Source: a virus. Taken from it: a DNA stretch of 64,000 nucleotides. The first letter of the stretch is position 1, and each line of letters begins with the position of its first letter. Made by a program: the position numbers and the translations under genes. The stretch covers positions 29,778-93,777 of IMG/VR virus record IMGVR_UViG_3300013102_000005; one strand, 5' to 3'. Shown piece by piece: positions 9,749 through 20,284 of this stretch. The notes beneath the pieces are model-generated. The model searched no databases. It had not been told where the DNA came from and saw nothing but the letters and a program-made list of their open reading frames with translations.

Positions 9749-9765
9749 AGGCGCTATTCCGGTGG

Positions 9766-10482
9766 TCAGACCGTAGCAGCTTCGCTGGCCGTCGATGGCG
9801 AAGCAAGCGAACTGCGTGCAGTTGCTATCAGCACGGGAAGAGCATTGACCGCAGCGATGGCCAGCGCGGCGTCGCGCTTGTAGCTAAAGCTGGCCCAGGC
9901 CTTCTCGTGGATGCTGAAAGCGGCTAGCAGATCGCCCACGGTGGGACTCGAACAGATGGCCCCCATGGAGAGCCGGGTAGGCGCCCAGTCGCCTGGCCGA
10001 TGTTCAGCCTCGGCGATGGCCACGTCCAGTTGATCCAGCAGAGAGGGCAGCTGGCCAGCCTCCAGAGCTTGTCGCACGCGCTCGCGTGAGCAGTCCAGAA
10101 ACGAGCGCCAGCGGCGGCCCTCTTGCGCCAGCTCGGTCAGCTCAGCCAGATCCTGCTGGCCAGCCTCAATCGCCGCGCGGCATGGCTCGACGCTGGGCGC
10201 CGGCATAGCCTGGGGCTCAGGGGTCGCCAAGCCGTCCTCGATCAGCATTTCCAGGCGGCGCATCAGGGTGTCGCGCGCCTCGCGCAGGTCCTTGGCTCTG
10301 TCCTTGCCGCCGCCCCGCTGACCTGGCAAGAGCAGCTTCTTGATGGCGTGCTGAGTGGCGCCGCTGTAGTCCTCCACCTGGAAGAGCTCGCACACCCGAT
10401 AGACATCCAGCTCGGTCAGCTGGCTGACGTCCTTGAAGTAGTGAAAATGCCGGCGTGCGCGGGCAACGATGCCCGCCCTCAT
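9766..10482 (-). CDS. Phage protein with DUF3310/SaV-like N-terminal domain
   Basis: HYFKDV...DVYRV...QHAIKKLLLPGQRGGGKD..KDLREARDTL. Confidence 0.6.
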   Translation of the reverse strand: MRAGIVARARRHFHYFKDVSQLTELDVYRVCELFQVEDYSGATQHAIKKLLLPGQRGGGKDRAKDLREARDTLMRRLEMLIEDGLATPEPQAMPAPSVEPCRAAIEAGQQDLAELTELAQEGRRWRSFLDCSRERVRQALEAGQLPSLLDQLDVAIAEAEHRPGDWAPTRLSMGAICSSPTVGDLLAAFSIHEKAWASFSYKRDAALAIAAVNALPVLIATARSSLASPSTASEAATV

Positions 10483-11225
10483 GCCTGGGCCTCACGCCAG
10501 CCGGCGAGCACCGTCCCAACGATACGCACCACCTCGTCCTGGGTAGCGGGGGCCGGCAGCGGAGAGCCGTATGCTTCACCGCGCGGATGGTAGGCGAACC
10601 CCTGGCCAGTCATAGGCAAGCCGAGCTGGAGGATCTCCACGGCGAAGCCCTGGGCCTCGATGCGGTGTGGCAGGTGGGCGTCCAGGGTGTAGCGCTCGCC
10701 CATGCGGTGAATACTCGCGCGCTGCTTGCGCAACTGCACCTGGCGCGCAAAACCACTGGCCAGGCGCAGGCTATTGACCGGCTGGCGCAGCAGGACGCCG
10801 TCGCTGTTCTGCCCGACCTCCTGGAACGAGGTGCACAGCAGGCCGCCGGCCAGGACGAGGGACTCATAGCCGCGCGCCTGGCTGCCGAGGTCACTGACGT
10901 CGGCGCAGCGATCGATAGCGCTCCAGATCCGCAGCTCGACCAGGCTGGACAGCCGGCAGGACAGCAGACCGGCCCGATCAATCACCCAGGGCAAGGCCAA
11001 GGTGCCGGCCAGGGACTTCTCCAGCAGCTGGCGCACCTCCAGCCGAGTGGCGGCGATGGTGAGGGTATCGCCGATCCGTGCGTCCACACGGCCGCGCTTG
11101 GCGGCCTTCTTTTCGGCCTTGGTTGGCCGGGCACCCTGGCGCAGGCGAACCGGCTGCGGGCGGCGGGGCGCGGTGTCAGGATTGGCGGCGACGACAAGGC
11201 TTTCGCCGGCAGTGATTTCGTTCAT
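10479..11225 (-). CDS. Hypothetical protein
   Basis: 248-aa ORF, 4-nt overlap with next gene. Confidence 0.6.
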   Translation of the reverse strand: MNEITAGESLVVAANPDTAPRRPQPVRLRQGARPTKAEKKAAKRGRVDARIGDTLTIAATRLEVRQLLEKSLAGTLALPWVIDRAGLLSCRLSSLVELRIWSAIDRCADVSDLGSQARGYESLVLAGGLLCTSFQEVGQNSDGVLLRQPVNSLRLASGFARQVQLRKQRASIHRMGERYTLDAHLPHRIEAQGFAVEILQLGLPMTGQGFAYHPRGEAYGSPLPAPATQDEVVRIVGTVLAGWREAQA

Positions 11226-11757
11226 GGCTGTGCTCGTGCAGAGGGAAGGGGTCAGCTCGCCAGGCGCGAGCCTTTGGGGGCCGGAGTGCCTAGAACGGCC
11301 TCCATGCGTCCGAGGGCGCCGCGCACCAGGCGTCGGCCACGCTCCTCGGCTTCCAGGCGCTGCTGGGCGCAGACCTGGGCGAAGGTGTCCGGGCGAATCG
11401 GCAGGGGCTCAGGCTGTACGACCCTGGCCTCCAGCTCATCCGCATAGCGCTCATAGCTGCGAGCACGGTCCCGCTCCCACTGGGCGGCCTGGCCGTCGGC
11501 ATACAAGGCATCCCTGCGGATCTCGGCGGCAAGCTTGCGGTAGTGCTCAGGCGTCTGGGGCACGTGGAGTCTCCTCGATAACGCCAGCAGCTTGCGCCAT
11601 GGCCAGGCCCGCCTCGGCGATGACATTCCGGCGCGCGACGCTATCGAGCTGGTCGGCCAGATCGAGCAAGGCCAGCAGCTCGGCACGCGGCCACACCACG
11701 GTGGCATAGGCGCCGCCGGCGGAGAGCAGCTGCTGGCGCAGCAGATCCCGCTGATCC

Positions 11758-12075
11758 TTATCCATGAGCTGGCACCTCACGCCCGCTGATCGCTGTCTCC
11801 AGCCTGGCCACGAGGCCGGCCTCGGAATGCTGGGCAGGGTTGGCGCTGACCGACACCTGCCAGCTGAGGACGCCGTAGCACTCCACTAGAAGATTGAGCA
11901 GCAGGGTGTCACGGGCGGCCGCCTGCTGGATGGCCTGGGCGGTCGTGGCCATGACCATCTGATTGACGATGCGGATGGCCTCGAACTGTGAGGGCGCAGG
12001 CTCGCCCAGGAACTGGTCGGCGGCCTGCTTGAGGTTGCGCATGGTGGGGCTGGAGAGCGGGTAGGCGGTGGGCAT
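11758..12075 (-). CDS. Hypothetical protein
   Basis: GGAG RBS, downstream of operator at 12161. Confidence 0.55.
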   Translation of the reverse strand: MPTAYPLSSPTMRNLKQAADQFLGEPAPSQFEAIRIVNQMVMATTAQAIQQAAARDTLLLNLLVECYGVLSWQVSVSANPAQHSEAGLVARLETAISGREVPAHG

Positions 12076-12160
12076 GTCGGCTCCGTTCAGAAACAGCGAG
12101 GGCGCCGAACCGAAGTGCGGCGCCCTCATTCTTGGGCGGAGCCACTATGCCTCTTTTTTC

Positions 12161-12172
12161 TATCACATGCTA
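12161..12172. promoter_or_regulatory. Operator site TATCACATGCTA
   Basis: Fits consensus, AT-rich flanks. Confidence 0.6.
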
Positions 12173-12355
12173 CATTTTTTGGGAGGGTATCGGCGCTATC
12201 GCACCGTATCGCCGGAGCAGTTGCTCAGCTCGCTGGCGTCGCTCTCGCTCCGCAGCAAGATCCGCTACGGCCTTGCGGTACAGGCCGCCAAAGCAGGCCA
12301 GGAACAGCGCAGAGCCGGCAAGCATGCCGAGCGCCAGGACGAGGATTGGTGACAT
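12170..12355 (-). CDS. Small membrane-anchored protein
   Basis: N-terminal hydrophobic helix. Confidence 0.45.
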   Translation of the reverse strand: MSPILVLALGMLAGSALFLACFGGLYRKAVADLAAERERRQRAEQLLRRYGAIAPIPSQKM

Positions 12356-12386
12356 CGTGCAACCCTTGGAGGTAGTTTCGGGTATG

Positions 12387-12398
12387 TATCATCTGATA
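12387..12398. promoter_or_regulatory. Operator site TATCATCTGATA
   Basis: Extended palindrome TGTATCA-TC-TGATACA in intergenic gap. Confidence 0.6.
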
Positions 12399-12436
12399 CA
12401 AGTGTTCGGCATTGCAGGCGCAGCTCTGGCCAGCGA

Positions 12437-12658
12437 CTACAGATCCGGCTTGATCAGGTCGAATCGCGTGCAGAAGCTCAGGAAGAGGCGTCCGTTCATT
12501 TCGTGCTTGCCCTCCTCGTAGTAGCCCCACATGCGTGCCGTCACGCCGATGCAGGCGGCGGCCGCAGTTGGCGAGACGTCGGCCAGCTTGCGGGCCAGCG
12601 CCACCTGTTCCTTGGTGGGGCTGGGGAAGGTCTTAACGTTCAATCGGCGAGCGGCCAT
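12437..12658 (-). CDS. XRE-type HTH protein
   Basis: ARKLADVSPTAAAACIGVTARMWGYYEEG. Confidence 0.75.
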   Translation of the reverse strand: MAARRLNVKTFPSPTKEQVALARKLADVSPTAAAACIGVTARMWGYYEEGKHEMNGRLFLSFCTRFDLIKPDL

Positions 12659-12661
12659 GGG

Positions 12662-13090
12662 TCACTCCAGGAAACGAATGTGTCGAGCGCATGGCGTCTC
12701 GATCCGGCCATCCGGGAACTCGACGACACCGCAGGTCACGTGCAGGGCGCCGACTTCCAGTTCCTCGCTTTCGACGGTGAACTGATGGAATCGAGCCTCC
12801 CCGATCTCGACCGGCTTGCGCTCATCCTTGTCCCAGGCGCTGACCATTACGCGGCGAAGGTGCGCGGTGCGCTGCTGCCGCACCTTGGCCATGGCCTCGT
12901 CAGCATCCATCACAAGAGCGCCGATCGGGACGACGGTGGCTGTAGCGCCTCCCAGCACGGGCTTGCCGCGCATCTTGGCGCCGCAGGCCTTGGAGCAGCA
13001 CTTGCCGCCGCCGCGCGCGACCTCAGCGGGGCGGGCATAGAAGGTCTGACCGCAGTCAGGATTTTCACAGGTTCTGTTGTGGGTCGTCAT
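12662..13090 (-). CDS. Zn-binding phage protein
   Basis: CENPDCG...KCCSKAC. Confidence 0.6.
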   Translation of the reverse strand: MTTHNRTCENPDCGQTFYARPAEVARGGGKCCSKACGAKMRGKPVLGGATATVVPIGALVMDADEAMAKVRQQRTAHLRRVMVSAWDKDERKPVEIGEARFHQFTVESEELEVGALHVTCGVVEFPDGRIETPCARHIRFLE

Positions 13091-13139
13091 ACACCCTCCG
13101 GGTGATGGTTTCTCAGGGCGTGCAGCGGATTGCATTGGC

Positions 13140-13898
13140 TCACTGGTGCGACCCCCCAATAGCCAGAGGCTGCTCGCCACGATTGGCCACTCCATGATGG
13201 AGCTGCACCTGGCTACCTATCACTGCGCCATTGTGCAGGTCCTCGCTGTAGTGCTTGCCAGTACGAGGCTGAATCTGGGTGATCTCCATGTGCTTGGCGA
13301 TGTACTCACGGATCAGCGCCTGCTCCTGGGTCTCGGTGGCCACCAGGGCGGTGGAATCGCTCGTCTCGATCTCCGGCGCAATCGCTTTCAGCTTGCTGGC
13401 CACCTGCGCAATCCAGCCCAACAGGAAGTGGTCGCCGCGCGTCTCCGGCGTCAACCCGCGCTGCCGGCCCCGAGACTTGCGCAGCCACGACACGTATTCG
13501 CGACGGGCGTGCACCGCTTTGGTATGCAGCGCCTCATAGGCGTAGGCAGCAACCTCCTGCGCGGGCGCTACGCCGATGAACAGCGAAACCTCGTACCACA
13601 GCCGGGTCTCCTCGTTCTTTACCGCATCGACCACACAGCGGCAGTTCATAGCCTCGGCAACGATGATGGCCAGCGACCACTCCCAACGCTTTAGGCGGAC
13701 CTTCATCACGTGGCCGCGCTGGGTCTTCACCTCCGCCAGCGCCACATCTTTCTCGGTCAACCGGTGCTTCTGCATGAGCGCCTGGGCTTGGCGCATGGCG
13801 GCCGCCGCCTCGTGCTCGTTGCTGCTCGCTGATAGGGCCAGGCAATGCTTGATCTTGCGGATGATCCGATCCTGGTCCTTTTCCCGCTCTGTGCTCAT
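13140..13898 (-). CDS. DUF2786 domain protein
   Basis: IIRKIKHCLALSASSNEHEAAAAMRQAQALMQKH. Confidence 0.85.
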   Translation of the reverse strand: MSTEREKDQDRIIRKIKHCLALSASSNEHEAAAAMRQAQALMQKHRLTEKDVALAEVKTQRGHVMKVRLKRWEWSLAIIVAEAMNCRCVVDAVKNEETRLWYEVSLFIGVAPAQEVAAYAYEALHTKAVHARREYVSWLRKSRGRQRGLTPETRGDHFLLGWIAQVASKLKAIAPEIETSDSTALVATETQEQALIREYIAKHMEITQIQPRTGKHYSEDLHNGAVIGSQVQLHHGVANRGEQPLAIGGSHQ

Positions 13899-13907
13899 GG
13901 TGACGTC

Positions 13908-14339
13908 CTAGATCTCGCTGTCGTATAGGCCGGTCTCGAAAAAGCCGAGCCTGCCTTTGATGGGGGTGAACGGTAGTGGGCGTGCGTCTCTCAGCACCAG
14001 CCCGATGTCGCCCATGTACCAGGGCGATTCGCTGTCGTCGATGCAGTCAACCAGCTCGACGGAACCGATGATGCCGCCACGCAGCAGCGCCTCACGGGAA
14101 GGCAGCACAATGGCACCGATGCGCTGATGGACCCAGGCCGACCACAGGTCGTACTCCATGCGGGTCATGCCGGCGGCGGCGTGCACCAGGAAGCGCCCCC
14201 GAAAGCGTGTCTTCCACGTGCGGTTCTCGATGTCCTTGATCAGGCCGGCTGCGGCTGCCTCGGCGCGCTGCTCTGCCGTGGCCAGGTCTGGGCGAACGAT
14301 CAACCAGGCCCAGGGCTGGCGGATGGATAGAGCTTTCAT
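13908..14339 (-). CDS. ASCH domain protein
   Basis: MKALSIRQPWAWLI...KDIENRTW.T.FRG.FLVHA...KGRLGFF. Confidence 0.9.
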   Translation of the reverse strand: MKALSIRQPWAWLIVRPDLATAEQRAEAAAAGLIKDIENRTWKTRFRGRFLVHAAAGMTRMEYDLWSAWVHQRIGAIVLPSREALLRGGIIGSVELVDCIDDSESPWYMGDIGLVLRDARPLPFTPIKGRLGFFETGLYDSEI

Positions 14340-14596
14340 GCGTATCTCCGGTAGAGCTGGCGCAGCTGGCCGAACAAGAGGGCAGGCCAGAAAACCAGGG
14401 AAAACAGGATCGTGGCGATCAGCAGCAGCGCCATCAGCCCTCGCACCGCCCACAGCGGATGCTCCCGCCGCAGGCGAGCGTTCGCCTCGGCGATGGAGCG
14501 ATCACGCGGCGCCGGCGCCAGGACCTCCCAGTAGACGTAGCGGGCGAACAGCAGGCCCCATGCCAGGCCCAGGGCGAGGTAGAGGCCCCAGGTCAT
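14336..14596 (-). CDS. Small two-TM membrane protein
   Basis: Hydrophobic segments, FWP motif. Confidence 0.6.
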   Translation of the reverse strand: MTWGLYLALGLAWGLLFARYVYWEVLAPAPRDRSIAEANARLRREHPLWAVRGLMALLLIATILFSLVFWPALLFGQLRQLYRRYA

Positions 14597-15321
14597 GCCG
14601 GCGCTTCCGGCGAGAAGTCTCGAGAACGGTTGAGCTCCTCCACGGGCACCCAGCCGATCACGTGGCCGGTACTGAGCAGGTCGCAGACGAAACCGGGGCT
14701 CATGTAGTGAGAGATCTCAAGCCAACGACCTGAGCGGTGGCCTGGGTGCAGACCATTACCCACGCGCCCTGCATCGCGCAGCACGACCACCATCTGGTCA
14801 CGCTCGGGGAGATCCTGCGGCGAGCGCCAGTAGCTGGCCAGCCGCTCCTTGGCCTGGAGCGCGTCCAGCTCGGCCTGTAGCTCCTGCGCCTTGCTCTTCC
14901 AGGCCTGAGCCTGCTGGTGCTCGTTCTCGGCCACTGTCCGCCAATGCTCATCAGGATCCCGTGGAGAGCGAATGACCTCAATTGCGATCTCAGGCCATTC
15001 CTTGCCCTGTTCCTGGCCGATGCGGGCCAGGACGTCCAATGTCTCGCGACGATCGCGCTCGGCACCCTCCTTGCTGATTGAGGGATGAAATTCATTGGGA
15101 CCGACGCTCCAGGTCCCCCACAGCTCCGGCTGCTCCTGATCGATCGCGGCGCGCAGCTCGTTCACCCAGAGGCGATCATCCAGCACCTCGGGGCGCCCAT
15201 CGTCCAGCAGCTTGAGCAGCTCCTTGGCGCCGGCCAAGGTGATGGTGACGACAGGGTCGGCCGGATCGGGGGCCCGGCCCATGGCTTCGAGCATTTGCAG
15301 CACCTGGCTATTTGGCTGCAT
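14593..15321 (-). CDS. Hypothetical phage protein
   Basis: 242-aa ORF directly downstream of rtcB. Confidence 0.6.
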   Translation of the reverse strand: MQPNSQVLQMLEAMGRAPDPADPVVTITLAGAKELLKLLDDGRPEVLDDRLWVNELRAAIDQEQPELWGTWSVGPNEFHPSISKEGAERDRRETLDVLARIGQEQGKEWPEIAIEVIRSPRDPDEHWRTVAENEHQQAQAWKSKAQELQAELDALQAKERLASYWRSPQDLPERDQMVVVLRDAGRVGNGLHPGHRSGRWLEISHYMSPGFVCDLLSTGHVIGWVPVEELNRSRDFSPEAPA

Positions 15322-15324
15322 GGC

Positions 15325-16560
<1,236 letters not shown>

Positions 16561-16599
16561 GGTGGTGACTCCGTGCTTTCTGGTTATGGGTGCCGCGCC

Positions 16600-17151
16600 T
16601 TACAGCGCGCGGCCCATGGGAATGGCGGCCGGCGCCGGCTTGGGCGGCGTCTCGCGCAGGTAGACGTGGCGGTAGCGCTCGCTCACCGGCTTGAGCCCCT
16701 GGATGTCAGCAGGCGCGGCCTCGTGGCAATAGCGGAAGTAGGAGAGCAGGGGGCAATAGGTCTCCTGCACCTCATTCAACTGGTTGCAGTCCTCCTGCCA
16801 GGCCTTCGCTTTGGCCACCTCCTCAGTGGAGCAGATGGTCAGCAAGGGCGTAGCCACCTGCACTGGAGAGGCGCTGCTGGCGTCGCTGGCGCTGGAGTGA
16901 GTGGCGGCCAGCCCCAGGGCGCCAGCGGCGACATACAGCGGCACCAAGCTGGCGGCGCTGGAGCTGCTCGACGTGGTAGGGCTGCGACGCATGACGGGGG
17001 CAGCAGTAGAGACACGCGGCGCACTCGCCGAGGGGCGCGCTACGGGTGCGGCCGGACGGACCGATATGACCGGCGCGCGGGCTACGACTGCCGCCTGGGC
17101 GGAGCCGGCCAGCAGCAGGGCCAGGGCGGCCAAGGTGGGGGCGTACTTCAT
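16600..17151 (-). CDS. Secreted/exported protein with Cys-containing C-terminal domain
   Basis: Signal peptide MKYAPTLAALALLLAGSAQA, low-complexity linker. Confidence 0.6.
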   Translation of the reverse strand: MKYAPTLAALALLLAGSAQAAVVARAPVISVRPAAPVARPSASAPRVSTAAPVMRRSPTTSSSSSAASLVPLYVAAGALGLAATHSSASDASSASPVQVATPLLTICSTEEVAKAKAWQEDCNQLNEVQETYCPLLSYFRYCHEAAPADIQGLKPVSERYRHVYLRETPPKPAPAAIPMGRAL

Positions 17152-17240
17152 GAGGGGAGACCTCTCGCTATGGCTTCTCGGGGGAAGGCGCACAGCAGGA
17201 CGCCCTCTCGCGAAGAGCCCGGCAGACCGGGCCCAGCGCA

Positions 17241-17384
17241 TTACTCGTCGTCGTCCTGGAGGCTTTCGAGCAGGGTGTCCACGTCGTCACGCAGCTCTTC
17301 GAGGCCCTCACGGGTTTCGGAGCGGCTGCGGGAGGTGTCGCCGAAAAAGTCTTGGATGCTTTGCTTGACGGAGTCGAGGGTCAT
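17241..17384 (-). CDS. 47-aa acidic protein (MTLDSVKQ...LQDDDE)
   Basis: Translated by hand; AGGTGG RBS; first gene after promoter cassette. Confidence 0.6.
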   Translation of the reverse strand: MTLDSVKQSIQDFFGDTSRSRSETREGLEELRDDVDTLLESLQDDDE

Positions 17385-17431
17385 GGTCCACCTGGTGGGA
17401 AGTTGCTTCGCGGTTGCGAACTAGCATGTTC

Positions 17432-17490
17432 GCCGGAAGTATTTTCGCATCAGGTGATACCAATCTCAATAGCAGATGCTACAAAATATA
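17432..17490 (-). promoter_or_regulatory. Early promoter cassette with two operators
   Basis: TTGAGA-N17-GAAAAT; TAGCAGATGCTA at 17470-17481; near copy of 26257-26312. Confidence 0.75.
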
Positions 17491-17523
17491 GCGGATGAAG
17501 CGGAGCGCGCGAGGTCGCTTGGG

Positions 17524-17913
17524 CTATTTGTTAAGCCGCGCGATCATGGTGTCTGCCCAATACAGTGGCCACTGTAGAGCGCGCTCCACAGCCTCGTTCT
17601 TAGCGTTCTGCTCTTTCTGGTCCGCAGCCACGTGATACTGCTCTAGATAGCTGAATAGCACCTCAATATCATCGATATCCCAGGTCTGGGTGTGTGCTTT
17701 CGCTTCATCGGGGGACCAGTCTTGGTCCAAAGCCAGGTTGGCCATCTCTGCGATGGAGGAGCCGCGTGGCAGCTTCTCGGGCCACTTCACTTCAGGCATC
17801 ACAGGCTCGAACGAGTTCGGCGCTGCGGGTGCATGTGCTACAAAATATTCACGCAGTGACAGCTGGCCAGGGATCACCTCGGGGACAGCTGTTTGGGATG
17901 GGTTACTGCTCAT
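17524..17913 (-). CDS. Hypothetical phage protein (lower GC)
   Basis: LSLREYFVAHAP...QWPLYWADTMIA motif common in phage proteins. Confidence 0.65.
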   Translation of the reverse strand: MSSNPSQTAVPEVIPGQLSLREYFVAHAPAAPNSFEPVMPEVKWPEKLPRGSSIAEMANLALDQDWSPDEAKAHTQTWDIDDIEVLFSYLEQYHVAADQKEQNAKNEAVERALQWPLYWADTMIARLNK

Positions 17914-18006
17914 GTGTACTACTCCAACGGTTGCGGGGCATGCCCCAGTGATCACTCGGACAGTATCCCCAAATCACGCGCAGCCTGCTGCACCTCGGCG
18001 GAGGCA

Positions 18007-18261
18007 TCAGCCATGGGCCACCTCCTGGCCTTTGCCAGGCTGGGTGAGGATGCGCCGGCCAGTCTGGAGGTGCTGCACCTCACCGCCGAACATGCGCGAG
18101 TAGTCACGCGCGGTCGGCCAGTACATGCGGCCGGAGGCGTGGCCTTCGGGGTAGACGACGCGATAGCGGCCCAGGTCGGCCTCGCGCAGGCGGGTATCGC
18201 AGTGGAAGCGATCCAGGTAGACGATCAGCGCCAGCAGCGCGGCTTGGATACGGTCGATCAT
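18007..18261 (-). CDS. Hypothetical protein
   Basis: AAGGA RBS, 84 aa. Confidence 0.55.
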   Translation of the reverse strand: MIDRIQAALLALIVYLDRFHCDTRLREADLGRYRVVYPEGHASGRMYWPTARDYSRMFGGEVQHLQTGRRILTQPGKGQEVAHG

Positions 18262-18383
18262 GGTGATGTCCTTGCGTTCTCGTTATGGGGTGACAGCGCG
18301 GCCGGCCGGCGCCGGCGGGTTGCAGCGGAAGCAGGCGCATCCTGCTGCCTTCAAGCCAGTGGTGCGGCAGTAGATCGGGGCGC

Positions 18384-18926
18384 TCATGCCTGCCTCCGGC
18401 GCTTGGCGCCTCGGTATTCGGGACAGGGGGTTGTCGCAGGCGCAGCGATCGCCGCTGCAATCAGCGCCTGCCAGGTCGGACGATCATTCGCGAGGCACAC
18501 GCCCTGCTCCCTGGTGTCGTACCCGACGACGCGCGCAAGGGCTCTCGCCGTGGCCAGGGGCACCGCCAGGTTGGAACAGCCATCGTTGTAGTAGCCCAGG
18601 TGCTGCATGACCTGCTCGCGCTGGTAGATGCCAGCCCCGGACAGGCGCCAGCAGTAGCCTTTATCGTCGGCCTGCCAGAGGGTGACGGCTCGATGCCGGC
18701 GCTGGGTGTGATTGAGGCTCAGCACAACGAAGTCGTCCGGGCCCGCCTGCTCCTTCAGGGCGACCTTCTCCCGATCGATACGCGCGCCGGACGCCTGGTT
18801 TTCTACCACCCGGTGGCAGCCCAGCAGGTGTACCTGTTCGGTGGTGAGGGTGAGGGACTCGCCTCGGGCAGCGGCCGTCACCAGCAGCTCCCAGGGCGAA
18901 GGAGTGTTCATGGACTGGGTAGTCAT
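18384..18926 (-). CDS. Hypothetical phage protein
   Basis: 180-aa ORF in operon. Confidence 0.6.
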   Translation of the reverse strand: MTTQSMNTPSPWELLVTAAARGESLTLTTEQVHLLGCHRVVENQASGARIDREKVALKEQAGPDDFVVLSLNHTQRRHRAVTLWQADDKGYCWRLSGAGIYQREQVMQHLGYYNDGCSNLAVPLATARALARVVGYDTREQGVCLANDRPTWQALIAAAIAAPATTPCPEYRGAKRRRQA

Positions 18927-19089
18927 CAGCAGCTCTCATCACAGGGACGCGACCCGCAGGTTTTGCAGGCAACAGGCGAGTGGTTGCAGCCCGACTGCGC
19001 CGTACCATCCACCGTGCGCTCGCCGCACGAAGGGCATTCGCCTACGAAGCCCTCGCTGTCGTCCAGGCGCCATCCATCGCAGCAGCCCA

Positions 19090-19509
19090 TCATTGCGCCC
19101 CTTCCGGCTGGCGGAACATCGCCAGCGCGCCCGCCTGGGCCCGGACGGTGGCCAGCGCCTCGGGCTCATAGCCCCAGATGTTCGATCCGTTCTCGCGCTC
19201 GTGGCCCAGGTAGCCGGGATGCAGCGGCTGGCCGGTGCGGATGTAGTCGCGGAACAGCTCCACCAGGTTGCGCAGCGTGCCGCCGTGGGAGAATCCGTTC
19301 CAGTCGTTACCGAACGAGGCCTCGTGGGTGTAGACGCGGCGCCGGGTGTAGTCGTCCACGAACCAGACCCGTCCGCGCGCGTCCACCTCCATGCCGGCGT
19401 AGGTGTCCTGGGACTTGCAGTAGAAGAACCGGCGCCCGTGGGCGGCGATGATGCGGATCGCCTGATTGACCAGCTCGCAGCGTTGCTGCTTGGCGGCCAG
19501 CTTAGACAT
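19090..19509 (-). CDS. Conserved-looking phage protein
   Basis: HGRRFF...WFVDDYT...GFSHGGTLR...NIWGY. Confidence 0.65.
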   Translation of the reverse strand: MSKLAAKQQRCELVNQAIRIIAAHGRRFFYCKSQDTYAGMEVDARGRVWFVDDYTRRRVYTHEASFGNDWNGFSHGGTLRNLVELFRDYIRTGQPLHPGYLGHERENGSNIWGYEPEALATVRAQAGALAMFRQPEGAQ

Positions 19510-19834
19510 CGCAGCTTTCCTGGCCCTGCTCGCGCATCACCCGGAAGGCGTCGCGGATGTCCTGGCAATGCAGCTCGCCCGACACTTCAACGTGCCGCAG
19601 CGCGGTAGCCACAAAGGTGCGCACCTGCTCGTCGCTCCAATGCTCGGGTGCGTCCTGACGTTCGGCCGCTTTCTTCCAGTCGGTATAGCGGACCCACGCG
19701 CCCATTTCGTTCGGCACCATGAGGGCGCTCTCGAAATGCTCGGAGCTGATCGACAGCAGGAAGCACTCAGGCTGGGCCAGAGGGATAGCCGCTCCAGCAG
19801 CGGGCGTGACAGCAGTTTCGGTCTGGGCGCTCAT
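19502..19834 (-). CDS. Hypothetical protein
   Basis: Coupled to neighbours by short overlaps. Confidence 0.55.
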   Translation of the reverse strand: MSAQTETAVTPAAGAAIPLAQPECFLLSISSEHFESALMVPNEMGAWVRYTDWKKAAERQDAPEHWSDEQVRTFVATALRHVEVSGELHCQDIRDAFRVMREQGQESCDV

Positions 19835-20076
19835 GCCGTGGCCTCTTCGTCTACCGGGGTGCAATGGCTCAGCATGACGCAGCCGGACTTGTTCTCCAGC
19901 CAGACCACCGCAGAGTGTCCGCTCAGCACCTGGGCCTCGCTGCGGGTCTTGGTGCGCAGGGTGGTTTCGCTACGGCCGCGCACTTCCTGGTAGTCCACCA
20001 CAGTGCCGATCGCATGCTCAGCGTTCCAGGCGGCGCATTCCGCCTCCAGCTGCTTGAGTGTTTTGGGTCGTGCCAT
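19831..20076 (-). CDS. Hypothetical phage protein
   Basis: WNAEHAIGT.V...AQVLSGHSAVVWL. Confidence 0.6.
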   Translation of the reverse strand: MARPKTLKQLEAECAAWNAEHAIGTVVDYQEVRGRSETTLRTKTRSEAQVLSGHSAVVWLENKSGCVMLSHCTPVDEEATA

Positions 20077-20127
20077 TTCGCCTACTCCGAAAGGAAGCAA
20101 CTTCACAGCTACCAACTAGCTGGAATG

Positions 20128-20183
20128 TGCGAAGCATCTTCCCATCGGGTGAGGCTCATTTCAATAGCAGATGCTACAATTTG
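20128..20183 (-). promoter_or_regulatory. Early promoter cassette with operator
   Basis: TTGAAA-N17-GAAGAT; TAGCAGATGCTA at 20165-20176. Confidence 0.7.
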
Positions 20184-20191
20184 TGGGCAAG

Positions 20192-20212
20192 AAAAAGCCC
20201 AGCGGACTGGGC
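20192..20212 (-). terminator. Rho-independent terminator
   Basis: GCCCAG-TCCG-CTGGGC-TTTTT on minus strand after helicase. Confidence 0.7.
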
Positions 20213-20284
20213 AAGGTGGGGGCTAAAGCAGCGACTTAATAGGTGTAGACCCGTTCTGTCGCTTTTTCCACGCTACATCAGGTG

